A DNA stretch of 64,000 nucleotides, from positions 1,440,001-1,504,000 of the forward strand of contig OY771555.1 of NCBI GenBank assembly GCA_963674785.1. Reading direction: 5' to 3'. Positions 1-10,350 of the stretch are shown here, piece after piece. Every line of letters starts with the position of its first letter. Positions within the stretch are counted from its first letter, which is position 1. The translations under genes were made by a program, and so were the position numbers. The DNA is from Caldisericia bacterium (GTDB lineage Bacteria > Caldisericota > Caldisericia > JAAYUI01). Below the pieces are notes generated by a model. That model saw nothing but the letters and a program-made list of their open reading frames with translations. It did not search any database and was not told the DNA's origin.

Positions 1-1
1 T

Positions 2-559
2 GAAAACAGGCTAAACCCAAAAACAGATGACCATGCAAAATGGATCGATGAAATTGTTACATCTTTGAATGTTACAAAGGTGAATCTCATGGGAAACTCG
101 TTTGGTGCGTGGCTGAGTTTGAAATATGCGGTGTCATTCCCACGGAAAGTCGACAAAATCATTCTGATTGCTCCCTCTGGAATCGTCAATGTGAATCTTT
201 CGTTTGTCATGAAATCGATTTGGTACATCATGTTGGGTGACCTTGGAACTCAGAAAATGAACAAACTTATTTTTGGAACGGATGATATCCCAAAGGATGT
301 TTTGACATTTCAAGAGCTGATTATGAAAAATTTCAAACCGATGATCGGAGGACTTCCAGTTTTTTCAGATGATGAGTTGAAAAAACTGAGAAACCCAATC
401 CTTTTTATCTGTGGTGAAAATGACGTCACTTTGAGTGTAAAAAAAGCATCTGTAAGACTTTCAAACCTTTGTGAAAATACTGAAATCAATATCCTTGAGG
501 GTTTTCCTCATGCTATATATGGTCAAACAGAAAAAATAGCCAGATTCCTGAAAAAATAA
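2..559 (+). CDS. alpha/beta hydrolase, 5'-truncated by window edge
   Basis: Nucleophile elbow GNSFG, 'LIAPSG', 'LFICGENDV' and C-terminal His (GFPHA). The frame is open back to position 2. Confidence 0.85.
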   Translation, partial: ENRLNPKTDDHAKWIDEIVTSLNVTKVNLMGNSFGAWLSLKYAVSFPRKVDKIILIAPSGIVNVNLSFVMKSIWYIMLGDLGTQKMNKLIFGTDDIPKDVLTFQELIMKNFKPMIGGLPVFSDDELKKLRNPILFICGENDVTLSVKKASVRLSNLCENTEINILEGFPHAIYGQTEKIARFLKK

Positions 560-571
560 TAACCATTATTC

Positions 572-619
572 TTGACATCTATACTATCTGTACTATTATA
601 GTAATAATAGTACAGATAG
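572..619 (+). promoter_or_regulatory. sigma70-type promoter overlapped by a 16-bp perfect inverted repeat (probable TetR operator)
   Basis: TTGACA at 572-577; CTATCTGTACTATTAT-agta-ATAATAGTACAGATAG at 584-619, directly upstream of the TetR gene. Confidence 0.75.
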
Positions 620-635
620 AAATGAGTCATGAATT

Positions 636-1241
636 ATGAAGCAGAAAATTGAAGAGAAAATCTTAAGATCAACGGTAAAGCTTTTCGTTGATGTCGGAGT
701 TGTTAAAACATCGATGGACAAAATTGCAGAAAACGCCAACGTTTCAAAGATGACAATCTACAAATATTTTGGTGACAGGGATTCTTTTTTGGTGAGTATC
801 AGCAGGTTTATCTATGCTGAATATCTCACCAAACTAACTGATGCAGTAAGAAATGGAATCCCACTTAAAAACAGAATGTTCACATTTCTAGATATTCTCT
901 CAGAGTTTTCAGATAGCGGAAAATATAAGCTTAGTAGAGATTTAGAAAAACTAAACCTCGAAATTGAGGACGAGTATATTTCTTACAAAAAGAACTACAA
1001 AAAACTTCTTCTTGAGCTGATCTCATCTGGGAAAAATGATGGAATAATCAAACCCGATTTGGATGATGAATATATCTATCACTACATTGATATGGGTGTC
1101 GAATATTATCAAAACAATACTGAGTACAAAAACAAAATACAGAATGATCCAAAATTCAGAACAGGTTTTTTTGACTTCATTATTCGTAATGTATTCATAA
1201 ATCCGAAGGGAATACTGCAGGAAAATGGGAATAATTGCTAA
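636..1241 (+). CDS. TetR/AcrR family transcriptional regulator
   Basis: N-terminal HTH 'TSMDKIAENANVSKMTIYKYF'. Confidence 0.9.
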   Translation: MKQKIEEKILRSTVKLFVDVGVVKTSMDKIAENANVSKMTIYKYFGDRDSFLVSISRFIYAEYLTKLTDAVRNGIPLKNRMFTFLDILSEFSDSGKYKLSRDLEKLNLEIEDEYISYKKNYKKLLLELISSGKNDGIIKPDLDDEYIYHYIDMGVEYYQNNTEYKNKIQNDPKFRTGFFDFIIRNVFINPKGILQENGNNC

Positions 1242-1524
1242 TTATGTAGCCCTTGCAAAAATGGGGACAATGGAGTCAATCACAATCCTTATTGATAAAC
1301 TCCACAAGGACATGACCCTGAAAGAATCAAGGTTTGTGGATTTTGCGCTTGGTCAAATCGATACCGAACATGGTCACAAAATCATGGAGTACTATATCAT
1401 GAATGGCACACAGATTCAGAGGAATTATTGTGCGCTCTACTTTGGCAGACTGGGCGACTATGACATAATCCAAAAGGCATATGATGCAGGCAAGATCGAT
1501 GCCACCCAAGCCTGGGCGAGGTGA
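1225..1524 (+). CDS. hypothetical protein (99 aa)
   Basis: ORF overlapping the TetR 3' end, preceded by a GCAGGA RBS-like sequence; no recognised motif. Confidence 0.65.
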   Translation: MGIIANYVALAKMGTMESITILIDKLHKDMTLKESRFVDFALGQIDTEHGHKIMEYYIMNGTQIQRNYCALYFGRLGDYDIIQKAYDAGKIDATQAWAR

Positions 1525-1610
1525 GAAACTTTTCTAATCTTTAAGTTTTGAAATATAGGGAGTGTGGGTGTATAATCTTGGTTTGAGTTTAAGGAATTGA
1601 GGAGGAGAGC

Positions 1611-2426
1611 ATGGTAAGTGAAAACCGAACAATGATCAGAAAACCATTTAAATATGGTTGTATATGCATGTTGGATGCTCTTGGGACAAAAGGGGTTTGG
1701 AATAATGTAGACCCAAACATCTTCATTAAAAAGATTAAATTGGTAATCAAATCAGCGAAAGAGATATTCAAGAATATCGACCTGATTTTCCAAAACTCTC
1801 CCCAGTTTTCGTCTATGAAATTCAAAGTTTCGAATTTCTCTGATACAATAATAATCACAGCTCAACAAAGATATAACTACGATAACTTTGATTATTTTTC
1901 ATTTCTCCCAATTTTTGCTGGCTTGATAGGAACAATAGTAGCCCACGGTGTTTTAAATGAAGTATTCTTCAGAGGTGCAATTTCTCATGGTGAATTCATT
2001 GATAGAGACTCAATTTTTGTTGGTCCTGCTGTTGATGATGCTGCAATTTGGCATGAAAGAGCAGATTATATTGGGGTGCTACTTACTCAAACAGCAGGAC
2101 TGGCAGTAGATTCTTATAGCAAAATAAACTCAATTGCAGATTCATTTTTATTGAAATCTAATGCACCAATAAAGAATATAGCTGATTCATGTAAACTATA
2201 TTCTGTGAATTGGCTTTTATCTGCAGATTCGATGCGAATCCAGGCTCGAATTCCAAATAAAATCTCTACTGAAGCAATTATTGAGCGAAAGTTCGCTGAG
2301 AAACCAATACCTGAGATAGCGTATAATAAATATGAAAATACCGTAAAATTTCTTCAGGAATGTAGAGCTGAAATAAATAAGAGAAATTTAAACATAGAGC
2401 CATTACCCATCAAGTTTGCTGTGTAG
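1611..2426 (+). CDS. nucleotide cyclase (class III)-like fold hypothetical protein
   Basis: GAGGAGG RBS; motifs LDALG, FSDTI, FRGAISHGE and VGPAVDDA resemble adenylate/guanylate cyclase core motifs. Confidence 0.55.
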   Translation: MVSENRTMIRKPFKYGCICMLDALGTKGVWNNVDPNIFIKKIKLVIKSAKEIFKNIDLIFQNSPQFSSMKFKVSNFSDTIIITAQQRYNYDNFDYFSFLPIFAGLIGTIVAHGVLNEVFFRGAISHGEFIDRDSIFVGPAVDDAAIWHERADYIGVLLTQTAGLAVDSYSKINSIADSFLLKSNAPIKNIADSCKLYSVNWLLSADSMRIQARIPNKISTEAIIERKFAEKPIPEIAYNKYENTVKFLQECRAEINKRNLNIEPLPIKFAV

Positions 2427-2511
2427 ATATTTTGCTTATATAGTCTGCTGCAACAATCAAAACCCCACCATCTGTGTCAAAATAGTTAACACAAACAAAA
2501 AGGAAGAAAAA

Positions 2512-2832
2512 ATGGAAATTGAAAGGATAATACTAAACACAACTGACATCTCAGACCTGGAGATTTTTTTGCACGATGCATTTGATGTTGAATATTCAAC
2601 ACGAGGTAACGATTTCTTTGTGATTGCGTTTGAGGATTATTTCTTCAGAAACAACTCAAAACAGCTTGAGATGGTTGTTGCCAAACTTGAGGGCAATCAC
2701 ATTGGAATTGACGTGATTGGGGCTGCTGGTGGTGCTGGAATCTTTGGGATTTCATGGGGTTCAGAAAATGCCTTCATTCGAAGGTTTGAGAGAATTATTG
2801 AAGAATACAAAAACGAAAAAGGAATAAATTAA
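2512..2832 (+). CDS. small hypothetical protein (DUF6054-like)
   Basis: ATG at 2512 after AAGGA; 'FEDYFFRNNS...AAGGAGIFGISWGSENAF' resembles DUF6054 proteins (recall, unverified). Confidence 0.6.
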   Translation: MEIERIILNTTDISDLEIFLHDAFDVEYSTRGNDFFVIAFEDYFFRNNSKQLEMVVAKLEGNHIGIDVIGAAGGAGIFGISWGSENAFIRRFERIIEEYKNEKGIN

Positions 2833-2877
2833 CTTATTTCTTTTTAGAAGTGGGATGAGCTGTAAACTGAGGTTTTA

Positions 2878-3648
2878 ATGAATATAAAAAGATTTAAACC
2901 AAAGTCGCGTTTTTCAGGCAGAGCAGATGTTTATGATAAATATCGCCCAACATACCCTCAAAAAATCATTGATATTTTCGCCCATGAACATGGACTTAAG
3001 ATTGGCGATGTGGTTGCAGATGTTGGCTCTGGCACAGGTAAATTTACAGAGCTGCTCCTTGACAACGGTTTGAATGTTTACGCTGTTGAACCGAATGCCG
3101 AGATGAGAGCGTATGCAGAGAAAAACCTCAGCAGTTTCGTGGGTTTTACATCTGTTGATGGCTCCGCTGAGGATACAACACTTGAAGACAACAGCGTTGA
3201 TGCGGTTGTTGTTGCTCAAGCTTTTCACTGGTTTGAGGTCGAACCGACAGAAAGAGAGTTTGACCGAATCTTGAAACCTGATGGGTTTATAGCTCTAACC
3301 TGGAATGACAGAAAAGTGACGGACTCTGAATTCCTCAGAAGTTATGATGAGCTTTTGGTGAAGTATTGTCCTGACTACAAAAAGATTCAGCATAAAGACA
3401 CATCATCAGAGCAACTTGAGGAGATTTTTGTAGGGAAAAAAGTAACCGAATTTCATTTTGAAAAATATCAATCGGTTGATATTGACTCGATGATCGGAAG
3501 GTTGAAATCATCATCGTATTGTCCACTTGAGGATGATGAAAACTTTGAACCTTTGATCGCCTCGCTTTGCGACATCTTTGAGAAATATGAGACTGATGGT
3601 GGTGTGAGAATTGAATATGACACAACACTTTTTTGTGTAAGTGATTGA
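2878..3648 (+). CDS. class I SAM-dependent methyltransferase
   Basis: 'YDKYRPTYP', motif I 'VADVGSGTGK' and 'VVAQAFHWF'. Confidence 0.92.
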   Translation: MNIKRFKPKSRFSGRADVYDKYRPTYPQKIIDIFAHEHGLKIGDVVADVGSGTGKFTELLLDNGLNVYAVEPNAEMRAYAEKNLSSFVGFTSVDGSAEDTTLEDNSVDAVVVAQAFHWFEVEPTEREFDRILKPDGFIALTWNDRKVTDSEFLRSYDELLVKYCPDYKKIQHKDTSSEQLEEIFVGKKVTEFHFEKYQSVDIDSMIGRLKSSSYCPLEDDENFEPLIASLCDIFEKYETDGGVRIEYDTTLFCVSD

Positions 3649-3803
3649 TTCTCCAAGTTTATTTGTAGTTCTGGATTCAGACGAAAATCAAAAATTTCAA
3701 TAAATCAATTTGACTTGCCAAACCAAAACAAGCGTATATGATGAAGTCGTTAGCGAATCAGAAAAACGCAAATGTAGGAAAAAAATTACTAGAAGGTGGT
3801 GGT

Positions 3804-4349
3804 ATGAAAGAGATTCGTATTCATGGAAGAGGAGGTCAGGGTGCTGTTACTGCCGCTGAGCTGCTTGCAACTTCAGCATTCCACGATGGTAAATTTGCCC
3901 AGGCATTCCCAAGCTTTGGCTCCGAAAGAAAGGGCGCACCTGTCATGTCTTTCGCTCGAGTGGATGAAAAGAAAATCCGAACAAGAGCACAGATTCAGTC
4001 CCCAGATTTCTTGATTGTTCAGGATCCAACTCTCATCGGTGTTGTAGATGTTCTTCATGGACTTGGTGATGATGGACTTGTAGTTGTTAACACAACAAAA
4101 ACACCAGCAGAACTTGATCTTTCTACAAAAGCAAAGGTTATTACTGTTGATGCAACAAAGATTGCTGTTGAGGAGCTTGGAAGACCAATTCCAAACACAG
4201 TTATGATTGGTGCATTTGCTGGTGCAACAGGACTTGTTGCGATTGAGTCAGTTGAAAAGGCTGTCAAGCATCGTTTCCCAGGTGAACTTGGTGAAAAGAA
4301 TGCAAGAGCATGCAGAAGAGCTTGGAGTGAAGCAAAGGAGGCAAAATGA
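3804..4349 (+). CDS. porC: pyruvate:ferredoxin oxidoreductase gamma subunit
   Basis: '[18 protein letters not shown]', '[13 protein letters not shown]'; ATG 3804 after GGTGGT. Confidence 0.92.
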   Translation: MKEIRIHGRGGQGAVTAAELLATSAFHDGKFAQAFPSFGSERKGAPVMSFARVDEKKIRTRAQIQSPDFLIVQDPTLIGVVDVLHGLGDDGLVVVNTTKTPAELDLSTKAKVITVDATKIAVEELGRPIPNTVMIGAFAGATGLVAIESVEKAVKHRFPGELGEKNARACRRAWSEAKEAK

Positions 4350-4615
4350 GCAAGGTAGTAATTAGACCCGGAATAATTGTCCAGCCTGGAACTTCAAAAG
4401 AGAACAAAACAGGTTCTTGGAGAAACTATGCTCCAAAGTTCGATAAAGAAAAATGTATCGCTTGTGGACAGTGTGAAACATATTGCCCAGAGTCAATCGT
4501 TTATGGTGACAAAGAGCACAAATTTGATGCAGACCTTGATTATTGCAAGGGTTGCGGAATCTGTGCCCAGGTTTGCCCAACAAAATGTATTGAAATGGTA
4601 CTGGAGGTAAGGTAA
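4346..4615 (+). CDS. porD: pyruvate:ferredoxin oxidoreductase delta subunit (2x[4Fe-4S])
   Basis: 'KTGSWR', CxxCxxCxxxCP twice; ATGA overlap with porC. Confidence 0.92.
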   Translation: MSKVVIRPGIIVQPGTSKENKTGSWRNYAPKFDKEKCIACGQCETYCPESIVYGDKEHKFDADLDYCKGCGICAQVCPTKCIEMVLEVR

Positions 4616-5790
4616 TGGCTAAGGAATTTATTGAAGGAAGTATGGCTGTTGCTGAGGGTGCAGCACTTTGCAGACCAGATGTTATTTCTGCGTACCCAAT
4701 CACACCTCAGACCCATATCGTTGAAGACCTTGCGCAGTTTGTTGCAGATGGAAAACTCTCGTGCGAATTTGTAAATACCGAGTCAGAATTTGGTGCAGCA
4801 TCTGTTGTTCTTGGTGCACAGTGTGCCGGTGCAAGAGCATATACTGCAACAACATCACAGGGACTCATCCTTATGTCAGAAGTCCTCTTCAATGTCGCTG
4901 GAATGAGACTTCCACTTGTTATGTGTGTAGCAAACAGATCACTTTCTGCACCACTTTCAATCTGGACAGACCATCAGGATATCGTAACGCTAAGAGATTC
5001 TGGTTTTATAATTATGTTTGCAGAAGATGCTCAGGAAGCACTTGACCTCCATATGATCGCTTACAAAGTTGCGGAAGATAAAAGAGTTCAGCTTCCAGTC
5101 ATGATCAACATTGATGGATTCCTTATCACTCATACATTTGAACCAGTTGATGTCCCAGAACAGGCAGAAGTTGACAAGTTCCTCAAACCATATGTTCCAT
5201 TCCAGGCACTCGACCCAAAAAACCCATATACAATGGGTGCATTCACAGAACCTGCATATCATATGGATGTCAGATATGCAATGCATAAAGCAAATGTTGA
5301 CTCTGCATCAGTTATTGAAGAAGTGTCAGCAGAATTTGAAAAACACTTTGGAAGAGCAGCTGGTGGACTCGTACAGGGATACAAACTCGATGATGCAGAA
5401 ACAGTCCTTGTTGCGTTTGGTTCAATCACTGGTCTTCTTGAAGAAGCAGTAGACGCAATGAGAGAAAAAGGTCAGAAGGTTGGAGTCTTAAAGATTAAAA
5501 CCTATAGACCTTTCCCATTTGAAGCAGTCAAAAAAGCTCTTGCTGGCAAAAAGAGAGTGATCGTTCTCGACCGTGCGATGTCAGGTGGATTTGGCGAGAT
5601 TCTTGGTGCAGAAATAAGATCAGCACTTTATGGAGTTTCAGGTCAGCCTGCCATTGACGGCTATATCTATGGTCTTGGTGGAAGAGACATCTTTATTGAG
5701 GATGTTGAAAAACTTGTAGCTGATCCAAATCCAGGAACACACAATGGCGATTGGATTGGTGTCAGACATGATATTCTGGAGGAAGCATAA
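4615..5790 (+). CDS. porA: pyruvate:ferredoxin oxidoreductase alpha subunit
   Basis: 'AYPITPQT', 'ESEFGAAS', 'TATTSQGL', 'YRPFP'. Confidence 0.93.
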   Translation: MAKEFIEGSMAVAEGAALCRPDVISAYPITPQTHIVEDLAQFVADGKLSCEFVNTESEFGAASVVLGAQCAGARAYTATTSQGLILMSEVLFNVAGMRLPLVMCVANRSLSAPLSIWTDHQDIVTLRDSGFIIMFAEDAQEALDLHMIAYKVAEDKRVQLPVMINIDGFLITHTFEPVDVPEQAEVDKFLKPYVPFQALDPKNPYTMGAFTEPAYHMDVRYAMHKANVDSASVIEEVSAEFEKHFGRAAGGLVQGYKLDDAETVLVAFGSITGLLEEAVDAMREKGQKVGVLKIKTYRPFPFEAVKKALAGKKRVIVLDRAMSGGFGEILGAEIRSALYGVSGQPAIDGYIYGLGGRDIFIEDVEKLVADPNPGTHNGDWIGVRHDILEEA

Positions 5791-6689
5791 TGGATAACTT
5801 AAAAGAAAAGTTAATGAAGAAGCATCTTCTTGCTCCAGGACATACAGCTTGTGCTGGTTGTGGTGAAGCTCTTGGAATGAGAATGATCATTGATGCAATT
5901 GGTCCAAATTGTATTGTTGCAAACGCAACTGGATGTTCAGAAATCTTCACTTCAAAATTCCCACAGAGTTCATGGGAAGTTCCATGGGTTCATTCACTCT
6001 TTGAGAATGCTGCTGGTGTTGCAAGTGGAATTGAAGCTGCATATAAAGCAAAAGGCAGAACCGACGTAAAAACTGTTGCTATTGGTGGAGACGGTGCAAC
6101 AGCAGACATTGGTATGGGTGTCATCTCAGGTATGTTTGAACGTGGTCACAACATTCTTTATGTTTGCCTTGATAATGAAGCATATATGAACACAGGTATC
6201 CAGAGATCATCTCTTACACCATTCAAAGCACACACAACAACCTCGCCATCAGGTAAAGTTTCACTTGGAAACCCAACAAGAAAAAAAGACCTCATGGCAA
6301 TCGCACTTGCTCACAGAGTTGGTTATGTTGCATCATGTTCACTTGCAAACCCAATTGACCTTGAAAAGAAAGTCAAAAAAGCAGTTGAGCATAAAGGTCC
6401 ATCATTCATTCATTTCCATGCTCCATGTCCTCTTGGATGGGCATTTGAGTCAGATCAGACAGTAAATATTGCAAAACTTGCAGTAAATACTGGTCTCTTC
6501 CCAGTACTTGAGTATGAGAATGGTGAACTTATAAAAGTTGCCAAGATCAAAAAAGTCCCAGTAGATGACTATCTTAAACTTCAGAAACGATATAGACACC
6601 TCTTCAAAACAGATGAAGGAAAAGAATTCATCAAAGGCATCCAGGCAATTGCAGATGCAAATATTGAAAAGTTTGGACTTGCAAAATAA
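5790..6689 (+). CDS. porB: pyruvate:ferredoxin oxidoreductase beta subunit (TPP-binding)
   Basis: 'GHTACAGCG', 'GGDG', 'DNEAYMNTGIQRS', 'APCPLGW'. Confidence 0.93.
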   Translation: MDNLKEKLMKKHLLAPGHTACAGCGEALGMRMIIDAIGPNCIVANATGCSEIFTSKFPQSSWEVPWVHSLFENAAGVASGIEAAYKAKGRTDVKTVAIGGDGATADIGMGVISGMFERGHNILYVCLDNEAYMNTGIQRSSLTPFKAHTTTSPSGKVSLGNPTRKKDLMAIALAHRVGYVASCSLANPIDLEKKVKKAVEHKGPSFIHFHAPCPLGWAFESDQTVNIAKLAVNTGLFPVLEYENGELIKVAKIKKVPVDDYLKLQKRYRHLFKTDEGKEFIKGIQAIADANIEKFGLAK

Positions 6690-6716
6690 TCCAAGTTAAA
6701 TCACATTTAACATAGT

Positions 6717-6746
6717 AAAAGGGGAGCATGAAAGCTCCCCTTTTTT
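6717..6746 (+). terminator. intrinsic terminator after por operon
   Basis: AAAAGGGGAGC-atgaaa-GCTCCCCTTTTTT. Confidence 0.85.
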
Positions 6747-6806
6747 ATTTGACTAATAAATTTCTTGATTTGATAACCGACTAAGGTATACTGTTTTTCT
6801 TGGTAG

Positions 6807-6880
6807 GGCGACGTAGCCAAGTGGTAAGGCAGTGGTCTGCAAAATCACCAGCAGGGGTTCGATTCCCCTCGTCGCCTCCA
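6807..6880 (+). tRNA. tRNA-Cys (GCA)
   Basis: Acceptor GGCGACG/CGTCGCC, anticodon loop CTGCAAA, TTCGATT T-loop, encoded CCA. Confidence 0.97.
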
Positions 6881-6891
6881 GCCTTTCTTTT

Positions 6892-7761
6892 TTATCCCAA
6901 AAGTTCTTTGTTTTCCTGTATTCCAGGTTTTTGTTTTTTGTTTGTAAGTGACAGAAATAGTGCCGTCTCAACTACAGCAACAAGGAATATCCCTATTACT
7001 GTTGCGATAGTTTTTACAAAATGGATGCTGTCTGTGAAATATGTGATAACCATTGAAAGAAGAATCACAGGCACTAAAACAACGAGAATTAGTGTGATAT
7101 TTCCAGAGCTTATGTGAACGGAGTATTTTATACTGTCTCTGAATCTTTCCGATGATTCAAGGCGCACATACGGAAGGAATGAGATTCTCAGAAAGATAAA
7201 AACAAGCCCAATAACGACTGCTGATGATACAATCGCCCATGGACTGAAGGTAGCACTTGTACCCTGGCTTGAAAGCATAATCTGACTGATCGTCCCAACA
7301 AGTCCTGCAAGCAGGATCGGAGAGAGTGTAACCCACATCCCCCATAAAAATCTGAAACATGGTTTAGGCCAATCTGCAAGTGATTCTCCGAATATCTTCT
7401 TTTTTCTGATTATCTGGTAAATAACCCAGGAAACAAAACCAGCAAAGAGAATTTGAATTGAGAGTATAAGAAACATTTGAATGCCACTGTACATAGCACT
7501 GAAAAATACTGTGCTTTCACCCAGCTTCACAATTTCGGGTATTCCGCCCTTTATGATGGCGCCAAACATCTTATTCCAAGCTTGCCATGCAGTAATGCCT
7601 GCCCACCCATTTCCAACAACCACGGCCATTATTCTTTGAATCAGGTAGATCAGAGGTACAATTACAATTGATGAGACAAGAAGAACTTTCCAGCTATCCT
7701 TGAGAAACTTGGTTTTTATTGAGTTTAGAACTCCAAAAAGACTTACCAATTGGTCAATCAT
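6892..7761 (-). CDS. multi-pass membrane protein, paralog 6 of tandem array
   Basis: About 6 hydrophobic segments; shares 'F.P....E...I..S' and terminal layout with its neighbours. Confidence 0.75.
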   Translation of the reverse strand: MIDQLVSLFGVLNSIKTKFLKDSWKVLLVSSIVIVPLIYLIQRIMAVVVGNGWAGITAWQAWNKMFGAIIKGGIPEIVKLGESTVFFSAMYSGIQMFLILSIQILFAGFVSWVIYQIIRKKKIFGESLADWPKPCFRFLWGMWVTLSPILLAGLVGTISQIMLSSQGTSATFSPWAIVSSAVVIGLVFIFLRISFLPYVRLESSERFRDSIKYSVHISSGNITLILVVLVPVILLSMVITYFTDSIHFVKTIATVIGIFLVAVVETALFLSLTNKKQKPGIQENKELLG

Positions 7762-8549
7762 TTTTCACCTACACTTTTTTTGTAAAGCGGATAAAGCAGT
7801 GATAATTGAATCACAAGTATCAGGGAGCTGATTACCTCAGAGAGAAAAACGATGTTTCCTGTTATATTTGAAAATACGTGAGTTAAAAGCGCCGAACTCA
7901 GTACAATGACTGCGATTATCCCTGTCATTTTTTGTGTTTTATCTGATGATGAATAGAATGCTTTAATCCATGTGATTTTTTCATTTGCTGCAATAAATGG
8001 TGTGAATGCAAATTTTATAAGCACATAAATCAGTGTCGCCAGAACAAACACGAAAATAATGAGACTTGATATAACAAAAACAAATGCTCCGATTCCAAAC
8101 CCAATTCCTAAAGCCAAAAGCAGGATGATGGCGATAAGCGTATTAATACCCATCATTCGACCAAGATTTGAAAATCCGGCTTTTAGGAAGTTCAATCCAG
8201 TCTTTTTTTGATCATAAGATAGATGATAGTTGGCGATTGCTCCCTGAATAAAACTATAGATTACCAGGTAACTGATGATGTTTATAATCCCGATAACTAT
8301 TAGCTCTTTCATCGTTGGGATTGGAATCGCCTGGGCAAATGGTGCACCTGCCTCAAGATTTTTTATGCCAGTATTGAAAATCCCTGTCAGCACAGCACCT
8401 GTTGTAACAAATTCCCCTTTTATAATCACGAATACTAGTGTGGGGATTATCATCAAAATCGCTGAAAAAAACCAGATCAGGAAAAAATCTCCTGTTCTTT
8501 TGCCTAAAAAATTTCTGAAATATATAATCGCTAGCTGAGTATTGCTCAT
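7758..8549 (-). CDS. multi-pass membrane protein, paralog 5 of tandem array
   Basis: Hydrophobic; 'GRMMG', 'FTPFIAANE' and 'YPLYKK' motifs shared with the array. Confidence 0.8.
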   Translation of the reverse strand: MSNTQLAIIYFRNFLGKRTGDFFLIWFFSAILMIIPTLVFVIIKGEFVTTGAVLTGIFNTGIKNLEAGAPFAQAIPIPTMKELIVIGIINIISYLVIYSFIQGAIANYHLSYDQKKTGLNFLKAGFSNLGRMMGINTLIAIILLLALGIGFGIGAFVFVISSLIIFVFVLATLIYVLIKFAFTPFIAANEKITWIKAFYSSSDKTQKMTGIIAVIVLSSALLTHVFSNITGNIVFLSEVISSLILVIQLSLLYPLYKKSVGEK

Positions 8550-8581
8550 GCCATTGATTATAAAATGCGTTTTTTAACCCG

Positions 8582-9463
8582 TCAATGAGAAGTTTTTTCG
8601 AGTATATGTCTTGCGATAGGTGTTATAAGGATCATCGAAAATATGAAGGCTAGAGTTGTTGTTATGTGTACTGAGCTAAACCTGTATCCAAACATCAGCA
8701 TTCCAAGCACACCGATTGAAAATGGAAAACATGCAAACAGAAACAATGTCCAGTAGTATTTTCCAGAGAAATTCCAGCTAAGGTTGATGCACTTTCCTGG
8801 AGAGAGGTTTGTGTTCATTATGAAAAACGGGGTGATGAAGAATCTGATTGTTCGATAGATGAGCATGTATCCGCAGACAATAAGAAGAATCCAGAGTTTG
8901 AGTTCACCGTAAATAGCAACCGATGCTCCATAAACAAGTCCAAAAATAAAGACGGCTGCGATGAGGGTGCGAATTGTCATTATTATCGCTGCACCAACCA
9001 TTCTTATGTATTCTGAGAGTTTCACATTGAAAAAACTAACAAGTCCTGATTCTGTGTCTTCTCTACTAAAAACACTTGCTAGTCCACACAACATGTATGG
9101 AAAGACTATCAGAAACCAAACAAGTCCAACTAAAATCCACCTACCAATATATCTTAAAACAAAAAGAACACTGGAATCCATTTCATGGTGAAATATCAGA
9201 CCATTTTCATAATCGACTGATGAGATTGTTTCAAAAAGTTCATCTGCAAGCGTGTAGTTGCTGAAAACATATTCAAATGTGGATGAGATTTCTTCGGGTG
9301 AAGACTTCCCGTCATCAATATCAAGGGGTTTGTTGCCGAAAATCATCAGATCTAACGCTGGTGTGATAAAGGATATCAGAAGGCAAACAACAACTATCAA
9401 TGCCAGTTCAGAACCCCATCTTCTGAATGCTTCAGTTAGAAAATCAATGCATTTTGCTGTCAC
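8582..9463 (-). CDS. multi-pass membrane protein (DUF975-like), paralog 4 of tandem array
   Basis: 'IRMVGA', 'FFITPFFI...INLSW...YWTLFL'. Confidence 0.8.
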   Translation of the reverse strand: MTAKCIDFLTEAFRRWGSELALIVVVCLLISFITPALDLMIFGNKPLDIDDGKSSPEEISSTFEYVFSNYTLADELFETISSVDYENGLIFHHEMDSSVLFVLRYIGRWILVGLVWFLIVFPYMLCGLASVFSREDTESGLVSFFNVKLSEYIRMVGAAIIMTIRTLIAAVFIFGLVYGASVAIYGELKLWILLIVCGYMLIYRTIRFFITPFFIMNTNLSPGKCINLSWNFSGKYYWTLFLFACFPFSIGVLGMLMFGYRFSSVHITTTLAFIFSMILITPIARHILEKTSH

Positions 9464-10347
9464 TAATTTTTTTCTCCCTTTAGTCTGTCATTTGCATCTT
9501 TGTAAAGTGGGTAAAACATATGTGCAATCAGCATAAAGAATGCATAATAGTAAACATAGCCTGTAATTATTTTATCAATTAAGATGGATATTTGGCCAGT
9601 AGAAACAAATTGTGTAATTGGAATGTCTGTTATGAGTGTGTGTACCGCAATTATTATTATGATTCCCAAAAATAGCTTCCAAAAAACTTTTTTTCCTTTA
9701 AGGAAGCTATTTTTGATCCAACCTTTTACTCCCAAATCTCTTTCAAAAAGAGCTTCATAAGGGATAAATATTGTAAAAATGATTGCAGTAAAAACGATAA
9801 TGATTAATAAAATCATCCCAACGATAAGCACGATTCCAGTGTAACTGCCAAATAGAGTTTTAAAAAATACAGTTTCAGCATTTATATTTGATTGGATATA
9901 TGAAGCAGGGATTGAGATTAAGGTCATAGCTACCACAAAATATACTGCAAATGTGACCTTTTGAGTGAGAATTGCACCTATCATCCTTCTCCAGTTTTTT
10001 TGTCCATCAGAAAAGAAAGTTTTATAGTACATTTTTTTACTTTTTTGCTTTCCTTTTTCTAGATAACTGAAAAGTCCACCATAAGAAAATGCGGAGACAA
10101 TGGTTGTTGTAAACAATGTCATAATCAACATAACAATATCCAGAACTCCGAATCCGGATAATCCTTTGTATTGAAAGTAAAATGGATTTACAATCACTTG
10201 GAATGGGGTTGTTCGTGTTGAGAAATGAAGTAAGAAGTTTAGAATTGCTGTTAAAATTGCAAACAGCGATATAAGTGAGATAATCGATCTAAAGGCAGAT
10301 TTATTGTGTTTTATGAGCTCTCTGATTTTCAAATAATGTTTTTTCAT
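9463..10347 (-). CDS. multi-pass membrane protein, paralog 3 of tandem array
   Basis: 'RRMIGA', 'IPYEALFE', 'KGKKVFWKLFL', 'FYPLYK'. Confidence 0.8.
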   Translation of the reverse strand: MKKHYLKIRELIKHNKSAFRSIISLISLFAILTAILNFLLHFSTRTTPFQVIVNPFYFQYKGLSGFGVLDIVMLIMTLFTTTIVSAFSYGGLFSYLEKGKQKSKKMYYKTFFSDGQKNWRRMIGAILTQKVTFAVYFVVAMTLISIPASYIQSNINAETVFFKTLFGSYTGIVLIVGMILLIIIVFTAIIFTIFIPYEALFERDLGVKGWIKNSFLKGKKVFWKLFLGIIIIIAVHTLITDIPITQFVSTGQISILIDKIITGYVYYYAFFMLIAHMFYPLYKDANDRLKGEKN

Positions 10348-10350
10348 ATA

